Assembly (NCBI GenBank): GCA_963807235.1
Contig: CAWEBF010000023.1
Location: 15,693 to 79,692, forward strand
Direction of reading: 5' to 3'
Length of the DNA: 64,000 nt
Source: an uncultured Acidobacteriota bacterium
GTDB taxonomy: Bacteria; Acidobacteriota; Vicinamibacteria; Vicinamibacterales; UBA2999
Each line of letters begins with the position of its first letter. Position 1 is the first letter of the stretch. The notes under the pieces were generated by a model, which worked only from the letters and a program-made list of their open reading frames with translations, made no database searches and was not told where the DNA came from. Of the stretch, positions 11,711 through 22,373 are shown piece by piece. The position numbers were made by a program, and so were the translations under genes.

Positions 11711-12741
11711 GCGCTGAAAGCGCCGACGCTCGGCGCAGTGCAAGGCAACCCTCGAATCCGCGCATCGTCATCGTCGCGACCGGCGGAACGATTGCCGGCA
11801 GCGCCGAGTCCTCGACCGCTGCCGGTTACCAGTCCGCCGCAGTCGCCGTCGATGTTCTCATCGCCGCCGTGCCGCAAATGAAGAGGTTCGCGGACGTCCG
11901 TGGCGTGCAGGCGTTGTCGGTCGGCAGTCAGGACATGAACGACGAGCTTTGGGTGATGCTCGCGACCGAAGTCAATCGTCTGCTGGCGTCAGCGGATGTC
12001 GACGGTGTCGCAATCACGCACGGCACCGATACGATGGAGGAAACCGCGTACTTCCTCAACCTCGTCGTCAAAAGTGACAAGCCGGTGGTCCTCACTGGTT
12101 CGATGCGACCGTCCACGTCGCTCGGCGCCGATGGCCCGTTGAATATCTACAACGCAGTCGGCGTGGCGGCCGATCCGAGGGCGAAAGGGCGTGGCGTACT
12201 GGTGGTCGCGAACGACGATATCCACGATGCGCGCGCGGTGACGAAGCGTCACACGAGCGACGTGCAGACGTTCGTCTCATCGGAAGCCGGGCTGGTCGGC
12301 GTCTGCCTGTTCGACGATCGTGAGTTCGAGCGCTCGCCCGCGCGGGCGCACACGACGGCCACACCATTCGCGATCGTCACCGGCCAGGTGCTGCCGCGCG
12401 TCGACGTGATTTACGCACACGCCGGGATGTCGCCCGATGTGATCGACGGTGCCGTTGCCAACGGCGCGAAGGGCCTGGTTGTCGCCGGCGTCGGCGGCGG
12501 CAACATGACCACGCCGGCGCTGGACGCCGTCAAGCGCGCAATCGGCAAAGGCGTCGTCGTCGTGCGCTCGACGCGAGTGGGCGACGGCATCGTCCGCCGC
12601 AACATCGAGGTCGACGACGACACGGTCGGCACGGTCGCGTCGAAGGGGCTCAATCCGGCGAAGGCGCGCGTCCTGCTGAAGCTTGCACTGACTCAGACGT
12701 CGGACCCGAAGCGAGTGCAGGAGTTCTTCGACACCTACTGA
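11707..12741 (+). CDS. ansB: L-asparaginase/glutaminase-asparaginase, type II-like
   Basis: [27 protein letters not shown] and NPAKARVLL motifs. Confidence 0.9.
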   Translation: MSAESADARRSARQPSNPRIVIVATGGTIAGSAESSTAAGYQSAAVAVDVLIAAVPQMKRFADVRGVQALSVGSQDMNDELWVMLATEVNRLLASADVDGVAITHGTDTMEETAYFLNLVVKSDKPVVLTGSMRPSTSLGADGPLNIYNAVGVAADPRAKGRGVLVVANDDIHDARAVTKRHTSDVQTFVSSEAGLVGVCLFDDREFERSPARAHTTATPFAIVTGQVLPRVDVIYAHAGMSPDVIDGAVANGAKGLVVAGVGGGNMTTPALDAVKRAIGKGVVVVRSTRVGDGIVRRNIEVDDDTVGTVASKGLNPAKARVLLKLALTQTSDPKRVQEFFDTY

Positions 12742-12769
12742 CGCGCGCCCTCCCATGCCAGAGGACCAA

Positions 12770-13750
12770 TCATGGGACCTCTCGCCAGGATGCGTCCGGG
12801 TTGTAGACCGTCATCTTTCGAGCGACGGCATCAGTCTGAGGGCCCAGGTCTCGTTCACGCACGATGCCGTCTTGATTGACGACGAACGTCATGATCCCGG
12901 TCGCGTCGTACTGAGCTGGCCAGGCGACGAGCGCGAATCCTCCAGACATGTCGCCCTTGACGACATAGTTCCTGGCTCCACCTGGTACCGCGGCTCCCTG
13001 GCGGGTCAGGATCTTGAAATAGTAACCACGAAGGGGCGTTGGCTTCGTGCGATCCGCGTTGAGCTGACGTCCTTCCTCCGCTGCCTGTGCCAACATGTCA
13101 CCAAGTGGACTCCGCTTCTGGCCGCGCGCGGTCGGCCAATACAGGCCGTTCTCTTTGCCGGGATCGCTCTGGAACTTCGTCGCGTGAACCCCTGCGGGCT
13201 TGCCGTCGTGTCCTTGTTCCGCGTAGCGCCGCTGCGCGGTGACGTAGGCACGGCTGCTCGCGATTGCGCTCATCTCGTTGCGTCCGATCCGCCGCGCCAG
13301 CACTTCTTCCTTGCCGGCGGCTGTGTCGAATCGCCATCCGTCCGCCCCCTTGACGAGCGGCACCGGGAAGGGCCACTCCTCGTTGCCGATGACGAGCGTC
13401 TTTCGGTTGGGCGCCGCATCCTCGAGATGCCACTGCTCGCCGACCGCGACAGTGAACACCCGCCGGTTCATACGAGCGGTCGCGGGATCGGATGACGCCG
13501 CCAGCTCCTTTCCTCCGGGGCCGAAGATCGGCAGCAGCGCGTCGGGGTTCCCGGTCTTGACGGCGTCGACAAGCGCCTTGACGGCGTCTTCAGGCGTCGC
13601 AAACGCGCGGTGCGTCGCGGTCTGTCCCCCGGCGGTCGCAGATGATGCGAGAAGCGCCAGCAATGCACCCGCGAACACTCGAGCGCTGAGGCTGCGGCGC
13701 ACGGGGCCGAGATCGTCGCCCGATCGATTCATACCGATCGTCCTGGTCAT
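12770..13750 (-). CDS. DUF2950-family secreted protein
   Basis: FATPEDAVKAL, WPFPVPLVK, RRIGRNE, GLYWP, GYYFKIL, GFALVAWPA and GIMTFVVNQDG; start at MTRTIG. Confidence 0.85.
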   Translation of the reverse strand: MTRTIGMNRSGDDLGPVRRSLSARVFAGALLALLASSATAGGQTATHRAFATPEDAVKALVDAVKTGNPDALLPIFGPGGKELAASSDPATARMNRRVFTVAVGEQWHLEDAAPNRKTLVIGNEEWPFPVPLVKGADGWRFDTAAGKEEVLARRIGRNEMSAIASSRAYVTAQRRYAEQGHDGKPAGVHATKFQSDPGKENGLYWPTARGQKRSPLGDMLAQAAEEGRQLNADRTKPTPLRGYYFKILTRQGAAVPGGARNYVVKGDMSGGFALVAWPAQYDATGIMTFVVNQDGIVRERDLGPQTDAVARKMTVYNPDASWREVP

Positions 13751-13772
13751 GTGTCGCCCTCTTTCGAAGCGC

Positions 13773-14984
13773 TCACCGGCGGCGGCCCCCGCCCCCGCCC
13801 CCGCGCGAGCGCGAGCTGCCTCGGCTCTGTTGTCCACGAGCACTGGTCGAGCGTTGTGATTGTCCGCTCGAATATCCCGAGAATGCGTCCGAGCCGCCGC
13901 TGGTCCGTTGAGGCGCTGCCTGACTTCTGCTTCCTTCGCCGTAACCGCGCGCTTCCGCACTTCCTGTGCGATCCGAACGTTGTGCCTGCGACGTCGCGCT
14001 CTGGGTCGAAGCGCCTTGTGCCTGGGCGCCCCGCTCCGCTCGTTGCGCCTGCGCCTCAGGTCGATTTTCCTGCCGCGTCTGTTGACGGTCCGTCCGCTGC
14101 TCCTGGGTCGTGCCAGTGCGCTCGGTCCGCTGCTCCGACCGGTTCTCCGCGCGATCGCCGCGGTCCTCGATGACGTCCTCGCGGTGGTCCATCCAGTCCT
14201 CGCGCGCGTCCTCGCGATGGTCGTAGTAGTCGTCCCAGGCATCGTTGTACATGTAGCCGCCGCCGTAGAATCCGTACGGACCGTAGTAGTAGCTGTTGTC
14301 CATCGCCGCGCCCATAGCAATCCCGGCCGTGAACCCGATGAGGCCGGCCGCGATCGCCTCGTCAGCGTCATCGTCTTCCTCGATGACGATCACCGACGTC
14401 GGAGCCTGGGTGTAGACCACCTCGGTGTTGTATACCGGGACATAGACGACCTGCGGATTGGTGGGCTCGATGACGATCACTTCCTGGCCAGTCGAGGTTT
14501 TCTTGGTTTCGACCTCCTGCTGTGGCGAACTCTTCAGAGTCCCGACGTTCTTCGCCTGCAGCCGCAGTTTCTGAATGCTGGCGAAGACCGCGCTGCGATC
14601 GGACGTGAACGCCTGCCCCAGGACCTTCGTCCACGCGATCTGGTCCGCCATCCTCGCCACGACCTGAGGGAAGAGCACCAACGCCACGAAGCTCGCATCG
14701 AACCCGGCCTTGACCGCGGCGTCCTGAAGCTGCGTGCCTTTCAGCGTCTGGTTGGCCTTCAGCCACGTGTCGAGCTCCGTGATTTTCGCGGGGTCGGCCG
14801 CGCTCATCAGCATCTGGGCGAGCAGTGGATCTGGGTAGAGCGCAATCGGAGCGAGCAATTGGTCCAGCGTGCCTGTCGGTAGCGGTGCGGCCTGTGCGGC
14901 CTGCGCGCTCGCGGCGGCCTGGTCCTGCGGCGAACCGCACGCCACGAACAACACGACGGTTGCGGCAATCAAGCGTGTGGTCAT
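13773..14984 (-). CDS. DUF3300-domain protein (probable lipoprotein) with low-complexity C-terminus
   Basis: LDQLLAPIALYPDPLLAQ, IQKLRLQA..GTLKS and IEPTNPQVVYVP; lipobox-like FVAC; adjacent to DUF2950 as is usual for this pair. Confidence 0.85.
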   Translation of the reverse strand: MTTRLIAATVVLFVACGSPQDQAAASAQAAQAAPLPTGTLDQLLAPIALYPDPLLAQMLMSAADPAKITELDTWLKANQTLKGTQLQDAAVKAGFDASFVALVLFPQVVARMADQIAWTKVLGQAFTSDRSAVFASIQKLRLQAKNVGTLKSSPQQEVETKKTSTGQEVIVIEPTNPQVVYVPVYNTEVVYTQAPTSVIVIEEDDDADEAIAAGLIGFTAGIAMGAAMDNSYYYGPYGFYGGGYMYNDAWDDYYDHREDAREDWMDHREDVIEDRGDRAENRSEQRTERTGTTQEQRTDRQQTRQENRPEAQAQRAERGAQAQGASTQSATSQAQRSDRTGSAEARGYGEGSRSQAAPQRTSGGSDAFSGYSSGQSQRSTSARGQQSRGSSRSRGGGGGGRRR

Positions 14985-15246
14985 AGTCCGCCTTTCAGTC
15001 GCGCGCGAAGCAGCTCGTCGCCAGTTACTGCCGCTGGTAACGGAGTCACGAAATACCGTGGCACCGCCGATGTGATGGAGGCGGTTTCCGCGGAGATCCG
15101 TCGATCCGCCGATTCCTTCGGACTGCTGAGGCAGAGATCGTGCCGGCTTACGGTTTCGGGCCGCGTGGGCTCGAGGTTCGGGACTCGACGCGGCCAGCTG
15201 ATCAGTGGGTCCAACTGGCGATGATCTGGTCCTCAGCTCGTGCCTT

Positions 15247-15838
15247 TCACGCCGGGTCCATGAATTCGGCCTCCCACAGGCCTTCGTAAGAAAGCACGCG
15301 TCCGAACACGTCGGTGTCCAGGCGCGCGACGAACGGTTCGTTGTCGATCTGCGCGCGATATCGAAAGGTCTGCTCGCTCTCCCGCGTGTACGTCTGTTCC
15401 AGCGGCTCGAGCCGAAACTCTGGAAAGCGAAGCCAGGCACTCCGCACGGGAGCGCTCTCCCCAACCGCGAGCGCAAGGCGCCGGATCGGCAGCGTGTTGG
15501 TCGCAGGCGTGAACCCAAGGTCCACGTCCAACGCACCCGCCAGCTCGGGCGCCAGCACGCCGTCACGCATCCAGTGCCCTGTCCCGCTCGCAGTGAGCGA
15601 GAACCGAACAGTGGCACCGCCCACGTCGCCCTCGATGAGTGCGGAGCGCGTACGCCATTCGGGGTCGCAGTCGATGCCGTAACGGAGCCTCGCGGCGACG
15701 CCGGCTTCTTCAATATCGAGCTCGCCGCTCAATCGCCAGCCGGTAGCCGGTACGGCCGGCGCGCGCTTCTTCGCGTCCTGGTACGTCGAGGCGGCGCCAC
15801 CTCATGAGCGATGTAGTGGGGAAAGGCCGAAGAGTCAT
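15247..15838 (-). CDS. Putative glycolipid-binding (DUF1089) protein, frameshift near 15750
   Basis: RWRRLDVPG at the N-terminus; DVDLGFTPATNTLPIRRL and LEQTYTR; start could be 15805 or 15838. Confidence 0.75.
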
Positions 15839-15863
15839 GATGCTACCCTGGTGCGCACGATCC

Positions 15864-16769
15864 ATGATCGCTCGAGCGTTGACATTCTTTCTTCTCGCGG
15901 CGCCGATTCTGCTGGGTGTCGGCAGCACCTTCGACGCCACCGCACAGCAGCCGGTAGCTCCCATTCGGCGAATCGACCACATCATGATCAGGGTCGATGA
16001 CCCTGCGACGCTCTATGGCTTCTTCACTGAAGTCCTTCGGCTTCCCGTGGCGTGGCCACTGATGAGCCCGCGCGATGGCGTCGCGACGGGAGGAGTCGGA
16101 TTCGGCAATGTGAACGTCGAGGCGATTCGGGTCCCTGGCCAGAAGACCCAACCCTCAGGAGCGCACCTACTCGGATTTGGATTCGAGCCCTCTGCCCTCG
16201 CCGAGTCCCTTGCCGAATTGGACCGAAGGGGTATCACACACGGGGATCCGCGACCTTTGATCGCCTCCGGACCGAACGGCTCGAAGAACACGCTGTGGAC
16301 GAACGTGACTCTGCGACAGTTCTCCGATGGTGAAGTTGCGGATGCGACGATACACGTCTTCCTCAGCGAGTACAGTCCGACGTACGTCAACGTCGAGGAA
16401 CGTCGTGAACGTCTGCGCCGGCAGTTGACAGAGAGCGGCGGCGGGCCTTTGGGCGTCGAAGCCGTGAAGGAAGTCGTCATCGGCGTCCGCGATCTCGACG
16501 CGGCCCGACGTCTCTGGCAGAAGCTGCTGGATCCCACCCCGATATCCAGCCTGGGTTCGTGGCAGGTGGGCGACGGGCCCGCCATACGCCTCATCCAAGC
16601 TCGGGAGAATTCGCCTCAGGGGTTCGTGATCGCCGTCGCATCGTTGCCGCGGGCGAAGGCCTTCCTTCGGGAGAATGGCTTACTCGGCGCCGATTCCGCC
16701 AGGGAGGCGACGATCGATCCGTCCAAGATCCATGACCTCAACATCCGGGTTGTGGAGACGGAGAGATAG
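15864..16769 (+). CDS. Secreted VOC/glyoxalase-like protein
   Basis: Signal peptide, then IDHIMIRVDD...FFTEVLRLP and a second VOC-like half. Confidence 0.7.
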   Translation: MIARALTFFLLAAPILLGVGSTFDATAQQPVAPIRRIDHIMIRVDDPATLYGFFTEVLRLPVAWPLMSPRDGVATGGVGFGNVNVEAIRVPGQKTQPSGAHLLGFGFEPSALAESLAELDRRGITHGDPRPLIASGPNGSKNTLWTNVTLRQFSDGEVADATIHVFLSEYSPTYVNVEERRERLRRQLTESGGGPLGVEAVKEVVIGVRDLDAARRLWQKLLDPTPISSLGSWQVGDGPAIRLIQARENSPQGFVIAVASLPRAKAFLRENGLLGADSAREATIDPSKIHDLNIRVVETER

Positions 16770-16771
16770 AT

Positions 16772-17245
16772 TCAAGAGGTCTTGGACTTCCGAGCCGTCT
16801 TGCCGCTGGTCGTCGCCTTCGCGGTCCGGGCCGCCAGCACCTCAGGGAACTCGTAGGCCTCGCGCAGCCACTCGGTGAGCGGCGGCTCCACCTCGTCGCG
16901 GTGCTGCACGTGCACCAGGTTGGCGAACTTGTTCTTCGACTTCTTGTCGGCGCGGCGAACACGAGGATTCTTGAGCGCCCGACCCAGGAAGATGCACACC
17001 TCGAGCGCTTTGCGCTTGGGGCGGACGAAGACGTAGCAGGCCTCGCGGGAAAACATGATGCAGCTGCCCGAGGCGTAGATGCGCTGGTCGCCCAGTTCAG
17101 CGAGCGACTCACGCAAGCGCTCCCAGGCATCGCGCAGGTCCTCGGAAAGATCCCCGGTCAGCGCCTTTTCGGTGGTGGTCCAGCAGTCGTGCGCCTCGCC
17201 GTCCTCGATCCACGACTTGCAGTGATAGCACTCGTGTCCCGCCAT
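16772..17245 (-). CDS. DUF5655-like protein with N-terminal Cys/His (CxxC...HxC) motif
   Basis: ECYHCK..HDCW; FVRPKRKALE; C-terminal WLREAYE. Confidence 0.65.
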   Translation of the reverse strand: MAGHECYHCKSWIEDGEAHDCWTTTEKALTGDLSEDLRDAWERLRESLAELGDQRIYASGSCIMFSREACYVFVRPKRKALEVCIFLGRALKNPRVRRADKKSKNKFANLVHVQHRDEVEPPLTEWLREAYEFPEVLAARTAKATTSGKTARKSKTS

Positions 17246-17278
17246 CGATAGATCCTACATAGATAGAATAGCCGGGCC

Positions 17279-19763
17279 ATGACACTGACGCCCGGCACAC
17301 GGCTGGGTCACTACGAGGTCGTGTCCACCCTCGGCGCAGGCGGCATGGGCGAGGTGTATCGCGCGCGCGACCCGCGCCTGGACCGCGACGTCGCCCTCAA
17401 GGTGCTCTCGGGAAATCTGGCCGGGGACGCTGCGGCCCTCGCGCGATTCGAGCGCGAGGCGATGAGCGTCGCCAGGCTCTCGCATCCGAACATCCTGTCC
17501 ATCTTCGAGTTCGCTCGCGACGGCGCCACGGCGTTCGTGGTCACGGAGCTCGTCGAAGGGGAGACGCTGCGGGCGCGCCTTGCCGACAGCCCACTGACAC
17601 CCCGGCGGGCCGTGGCGTACGCCCTGCAGATCGCGCGCGGCTTGGCGGCGGCCCATGCGCGCGGGCTGGTGCATCGCGATCTCAAGCCCGAGAACGTGAT
17701 GATCACGCGCGACGACCAGGTGAAGATCCTCGACTTCGGGCTCGCCAAGCCGGTGGATGCGGGGGTCGCCGACGAGACCCGCGCCGCCACCTTGCTGACC
17801 AGCGCCGGCGTGGTGCTGGGCACCTTCGGATACATGGCGCCTGAACAGGTGCGCGGCGTGGCCGTGGATCACCGTGCGGACATGTTCGCGTTCGGGGCCG
17901 TCCTGTACGAGATGCTCACCGGCCGGCGCGCCTTCGAGGGAGAGACCGCCGCCGACACCATGACGGCGGTCCTCACCAAGGATCCACCGGAACTGGACAC
18001 CGCTCGGCTCGCGATTCCCGCGGGTCTCGACCGCATCGTCCGGCGCTGTCTCGAGAAGGCGCCCGACCTGCGCTTTCAATCGGCCAACGACCTGGCCTTC
18101 GCCCTGGAGACGCTGACCGCTGGCTCCGGCGCGTCATCGGCAGCGACCGCCGTGGCCGCGCCCTCGACCCGCCCGGCGCGCGGCCCCTGGCTGCCCTGGG
18201 CCGTTGCGGCTGCGGCACTTCTGGCAGCCGGCGCCTCCTGGGTCGGGCGAAGCGCCGCACCGGACGCCGAGGCGCGCTGGAGCTCGTTTACCCGCGTCTC
18301 CGAAGCCGCTGGCGAGGAGACATCACCCGCCTTGTCGCCAGACGGGACGACCGTCGCGTATTCGATGCGCGTGAACGGAAATTGGGACATCTACGCGCAG
18401 CGCGTCGGCGGGCGCAACGCGACGCCCATCGTGAACGACCCCGTGCGCCACGAACGCGGAGTGGCGTATTCGCCGGACGGATCGCTGATCGCCTTTCACG
18501 ACTCGACCGCGACAGGAGGCATCTTCGTCGCGGGAGCGACCGGCGAAGCGGTTCGGCGCGTCACCGACAACGGCTTCGACCCCGCGTGGTTTCCCGACGG
18601 AAAGCGGATCGCCTTTGCGACCGAAGAGATCAATGACCCAAGCTCACGCTACGGCGAGAGCCGCATCTGGGTCGTGGACCTGAGCGGCGGCACGCCCCGG
18701 AGGGTCATGGAGACCGACGCGGTGCAGCCCTCATGGTCGCCGTCTGGCGAGCGCCTGGTCTACTGGCGGAACGTCGGGGGCCAACGCGACATCTACACTG
18801 TGGCGGCAGTTGGCGGCGAGCCGTCGTCCGTAACCACCGATGCCGCCGTGGACTGGTCACCGGTCTGGTCTCCGGACGGCCGCTTCATCTACTTCTCGAG
18901 CGACCGCGGCGTCTCGATGAACCTGTGGCGCGTCGCCGTGGATCAGTCGAGCGGCCGCGTGCTGGGCGCCCCCGAGCCGGTCACCGCGGGCGTTCAAGCG
19001 TCGGCCGGGCTGCCTCGGTTGTCGAGGGACGGCTCCAGGCTGGCGTTCAGGTCCCGCGTGGCGTCGGTCAATCCCGTGGCGATTCCGTTCGATCCAGTCG
19101 CGATGCGCGCGGGCGAACCCGTTCTGCTGGACGCGCAGAACAACATTCGCATCCCGAGCGGGATGTCGCCGGACGGCAAGCAGCTTGCCTATTACTCCAT
19201 CGGCGAGCAGCAGGAGGACCTGTTCATCGGGCCGGTGGGCGGGCCCATGCGCCGCCTCACTGACGACTCCGGCCGCGATCGGATGCCGGATTTCGCTCCC
19301 GACGGCCTTCCTTGTCTTCTACTCGACCGGCGGCCTTGGGCCATCTAACGGCGTAGACGAGGCGGCCTCGAAAAGTAGCGGGACCGGCGACAGGCACTTT
19401 ATATCAATCTGTCTCCCCAAGCCTCGGGTTCCGTTTCCACTAATAAAAAAAACAGGGTTTCCACGGCGCCGCTCGCCCCCCCCCCCCCCCCCCCCCCCAA
19501 ACTCCCCCCCCCCCCCCTGGCCCCGCCCCCTCCTCTCCCCCCCCCCTGTCCCGGACCGCCCGCCGCGGATCTCCCCCCCCCGCGGCCCCCCCGGCCGGCC
19601 CCCCCCACCCCCCCCCCCCGTCACGCGGTCCCGCACGCCAATCCCCGTCCGGCTGCCCGGACCAGCGGGCGAGGAGTCGATCGTGATCAGCCCCGACAAC
19701 CGGACCATCTACTACGGCGCGATGCGCGTCGAAGCGGATATCTGGATCGTCGAGCGCAAATAG
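17279..19763 (+). CDS. Ser/Thr protein kinase with TolB-like PD40 beta-propeller; 3' part corrupted
   Basis: Kinase motifs plus repeated P.WSPDG units. The terminus ISPDNRTIYY..EADIWIVERK at 19763 resumes after the low-quality 19310-19640 stretch. Confidence 0.85.
19310..19640. other. Low-quality/scrambled poly-C segment (probable sequencing artefact)
   Basis: Long C homopolymers and an A-run interrupt an otherwise regular propeller-encoding gene. Confidence 0.8.
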
Positions 19764-19766
19764 CGT

Positions 19767-20450
19767 TCAGGCCACTGCGAGCCGTCGTGGCGGCGCCATC
19801 AGCTTCACGAGGACCAGGCCGGCGACGAACCCGCCGATGTGGGCCATGTAGGCCACGCCGGCCGTCTCTGTCGTTGCCGTCACCGAACCAACGCCGTTGA
19901 TCAGCTGGATGACGATCCAGAAGCCCAGCACGACAATCGCCGGCACCTGCGTAACCCCGCCGCGCACCAGCACGCGCACGCGGTTGTGGGGAAACAGCAA
20001 CAGGTAGCCACCAAGCACGCCGCTGATCGCGCCCGATGCGCCGACCGCTGGAATACCCGAACCAGGACCGAAGGCGATGTGCGCGAACGACGCGACGAGA
20101 CCGCAGACGAGGTAGAAGGCCAGGAACCGAGCCGCACCCATGACCTTCTCCAGGTTGTCGCCGAAGATCCACAGGTAGAGCATGTTGCCGCCGAGGTGCA
20201 TCCAGCCGCCGTGGAGGAACATCGAGGTGAAGAGCGTGGACCAGAATGGCAGCGGGATCATCGGCGGCAGATCCTGTGCGGCCGAGTATTCCTGCGGCAC
20301 CACGCCCCAGGCCTGGATGAACGACTGAAGCGCCGCCTCCGACGGCTGCGCCAACTCGACGAGAAACGCCACGACGTTCAGCGCGATGAGGCCGAACGTC
20401 ACCACGGGCGGCGGACCGCCCTGCACTCTTTCATCGCCGATTGGAAACAT
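19767..20450 (-). CDS. Rhomboid-family intramembrane serine protease
   Basis: FLHGGWMHLGGNM, catalytic GASGA and AHIGGF. Confidence 0.92.
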   Translation of the reverse strand: MFPIGDERVQGGPPPVVTFGLIALNVVAFLVELAQPSEAALQSFIQAWGVVPQEYSAAQDLPPMIPLPFWSTLFTSMFLHGGWMHLGGNMLYLWIFGDNLEKVMGAARFLAFYLVCGLVASFAHIAFGPGSGIPAVGASGAISGVLGGYLLLFPHNRVRVLVRGGVTQVPAIVVLGFWIVIQLINGVGSVTATTETAGVAYMAHIGGFVAGLVLVKLMAPPRRLAVA

Positions 20451-20524
20451 GCGCTGGCCCTCACCCGATTACCAAGCAATAGAGGTACCGGCCCGGGCGA
20501 CGGAACAGCTGGCGCCGACTCGGT

Positions 20525-21143
20525 TCAATCGCTCGCGTTGCCCTTGAACTGGTCGGCCTCGTCGGCGAACAGCACGTTGAAGCTGGTCAGCGATCCGTAG
20601 CAGCCGCTCACATAGGCCTGCAGCTTCACCTTCACGTCGTCGGACAGGTCCGACGCGTTCACCTGCTGCTCGAGCGTGCGCAGGCGATTCCGCAGCATGA
20701 CCACCTTGTGGAAGAAGGTCTCGATCGGCCAGCTCTTCTCTTGAAGGCCTGGGGTCGCCGGACGCAGCACCAGCGTGCCGCCCCGCCACTTCGGTGCGGG
20801 CGTCACCGTCGTGACGCCAGCCTCTTCACGGATGATGCGGCGCAACAGGCGCTCGAGGTCTGGCGAGGCATCTGGAAGCGTCATGGGTGGCGTGGTCCTT
20901 TCGTCCTCGCTCAGGTTGGGCGCGCTCGGGATCGGTGATAGCGCACGGGAAGGCCGCCGCGGCGGGCGCGTCAGCGCCGATGCGTGGACCGCCGCGGTAG
21001 TTGTGCTGGCTCTGGCAGTAGTCGCACGTGACTCGCAGGGGTCTGCCACCGTCATCGACGACGACGATCGTGTGTGTTCGATCGGTCTTGCAGGCCCGGC
21101 AGAAGTCCTCGATTGACCCGCCGGGTCGATGCACGCGATCCAT
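20525..21143 (-). CDS. Conserved hypothetical protein with N-terminal Zn-ribbon (frameshift near 20960)
   Basis: MDRVH..CRAC..H..CDYCQSQH in one frame joins PIETFFHKVVMLRNRLR..YGSLTSFNVLF in ORF 20525..21055; TGATG overlap with the upstream gene. Confidence 0.7.
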
Positions 21144-21355
21144 CACCACCCGGCCCGCGTCGCGAACCACACGGCAGCGCCCAAGACAATGCCGACAACT
21201 GTCATGGATGTCGTGGTAGTCGTGAAGTAGGGGTACACCATGAAGACCAGGCCGGCCACCACGTAGATCCAGCGCTGCTGCTTCTTGCCGTAGACGAACA
21301 TCACGAACCCGATGCCGCCAGGGATGAGCGACAGGAACAGCCAGGTCGCGTCCAC
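21143..21355 (-). CDS. Small membrane protein
   Basis: 70 aa, three hydrophobic segments, YGKKQ and YPYF motifs. Confidence 0.7.
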   Translation of the reverse strand: MDATWLFLSLIPGGIGFVMFVYGKKQQRWIYVVAGLVFMVYPYFTTTTTSMTVVGIVLGAAVWFATRAGW

Positions 21356-21384
21356 GCCTCACACTGTAGCAGGGTGAGCGTGCG

Positions 21385-21981
21385 TCAACTCAGCAGGGTG
21401 CTGTAATCCTCGGGCGTGTCGATGTCGCGAAGGCAGCCGTCGTCGGGCGGCACCACGTTGACGATGCGCGATTCGTGACGCCGGATCACCGTCTTCGCGC
21501 CTCCATCGAGCGGCGCCTGGCGCAGCTCGTCGAAGAGCGATTTGTCGAACAGGACCGGGTGGCCGTGCGCGGTTCCGATGGCCGGACGGACGATCGGGGC
21601 GCGCGACCGGCGCCACTCGTCCACCACGGCCTCGACGGTGGCCGCGCTCAGCATCGGCACATCGACCAGCGTCATCAGCAGCGCCTCCGTGTCGGGGGTG
21701 ACGGCCACAGCCATGCCCGTCCACAGCGACGACAATTGCCCCCGGCCCGGGTCGGGGTTGCGGACCAGCCGCACCGAGCGCGGAAGCGCCGCCTCGCCAA
21801 CCGCCTCGACAATCTGGTCGTGCGCCGAGCCGGTTACGACCACCACCGGGTCCACGCCCGCGTCGGTGAATGCCCGGCTAATCCGCACCACGAACGGCCG
21901 GCCGTCCGGCGCCGCCAGCAGCGCCTTTGGCGTCCCCATCCGGGTCGATTCCCCCGCGGCCAGCACGACGGCGACGACCAC
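21385..21981 (-). CDS. Nucleotidyltransferase family protein (MocA/MobA-like, molybdenum cofactor)
   Basis: VLAAGESTRMGTPKALL, LVDVP, GHPVLF and DIDTPEDY. Confidence 0.88.
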   Translation of the reverse strand: MVVAVVLAAGESTRMGTPKALLAAPDGRPFVVRISRAFTDAGVDPVVVVTGSAHDQIVEAVGEAALPRSVRLVRNPDPGRGQLSSLWTGMAVAVTPDTEALLMTLVDVPMLSAATVEAVVDEWRRSRAPIVRPAIGTAHGHPVLFDKSLFDELRQAPLDGGAKTVIRRHESRIVNVVPPDDGCLRDIDTPEDYSTLLS

Positions 21982-22003
21982 TCGGCCGAATGTTAGTGCC
22001 AAC

Positions 22004-22032
22004 TTGACATTAATTGGGCCTGTTCCTACACT
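22004..22032 (+). promoter_or_regulatory. Sigma-70 promoter of the cold-shock gene
   Basis: TTGACA-17 bp-TACACT, about 130 bp upstream of ATG 22163. Confidence 0.75.
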
Positions 22033-22162
22033 TCGCCCAACGCCGACGCTGGCGGTTCGCGATTGGTTCGTTCGTGGCCCATGCGTCCGCTCAGGCGGTC
22101 TGGACGCACCTGGGATTTTCTCAGCCATGCGCCTCAGGCACTCGCGCGTGGAGGTCACGGCT

Positions 22163-22369
22163 ATGGCGACCGGCACTATCGCACGTCTTCTCATCGACAA
22201 GGGATTCGGGTTCATCCGCGACGAGGGTGGCACCGAACATTTCTTCCACCGGAGTGCCGTGCGCGACTCGGTGTTCGAGCTGCTCCGCGAAGGCCAGCGC
22301 GTGGACTTCCAGCCGGAAGATTCCACCAAGGGCCCGCGTGCGGGTAACGTGCGCCTGCTCGAAGGTTAA
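22163..22369 (+). CDS. Cold-shock domain protein
   Basis: KGFGFI (RNP1), FFHRS (RNP2) and KGPRA; RBS GGAGG. Confidence 0.92.
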   Translation: MATGTIARLLIDKGFGFIRDEGGTEHFFHRSAVRDSVFELLREGQRVDFQPEDSTKGPRAGNVRLLEG

Positions 22370-22373
22370 GCTC

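Noticed and set aside
15140..15210. Hammerhead-ribozyme-like CTGATCAG...stem...CGAAAC on the minus strand
   Set aside because: The core has C in place of the conserved G8, and I could not form stems I and III with a valid NUH cleavage site.
19310..19640. Poly-C/Pro-rich tract as a phase-variation site or G-quadruplex element
   Set aside because: Irregular homopolymers replace an expected propeller-coding segment, and normal coding resumes afterwards. This looks like corrupted sequence.
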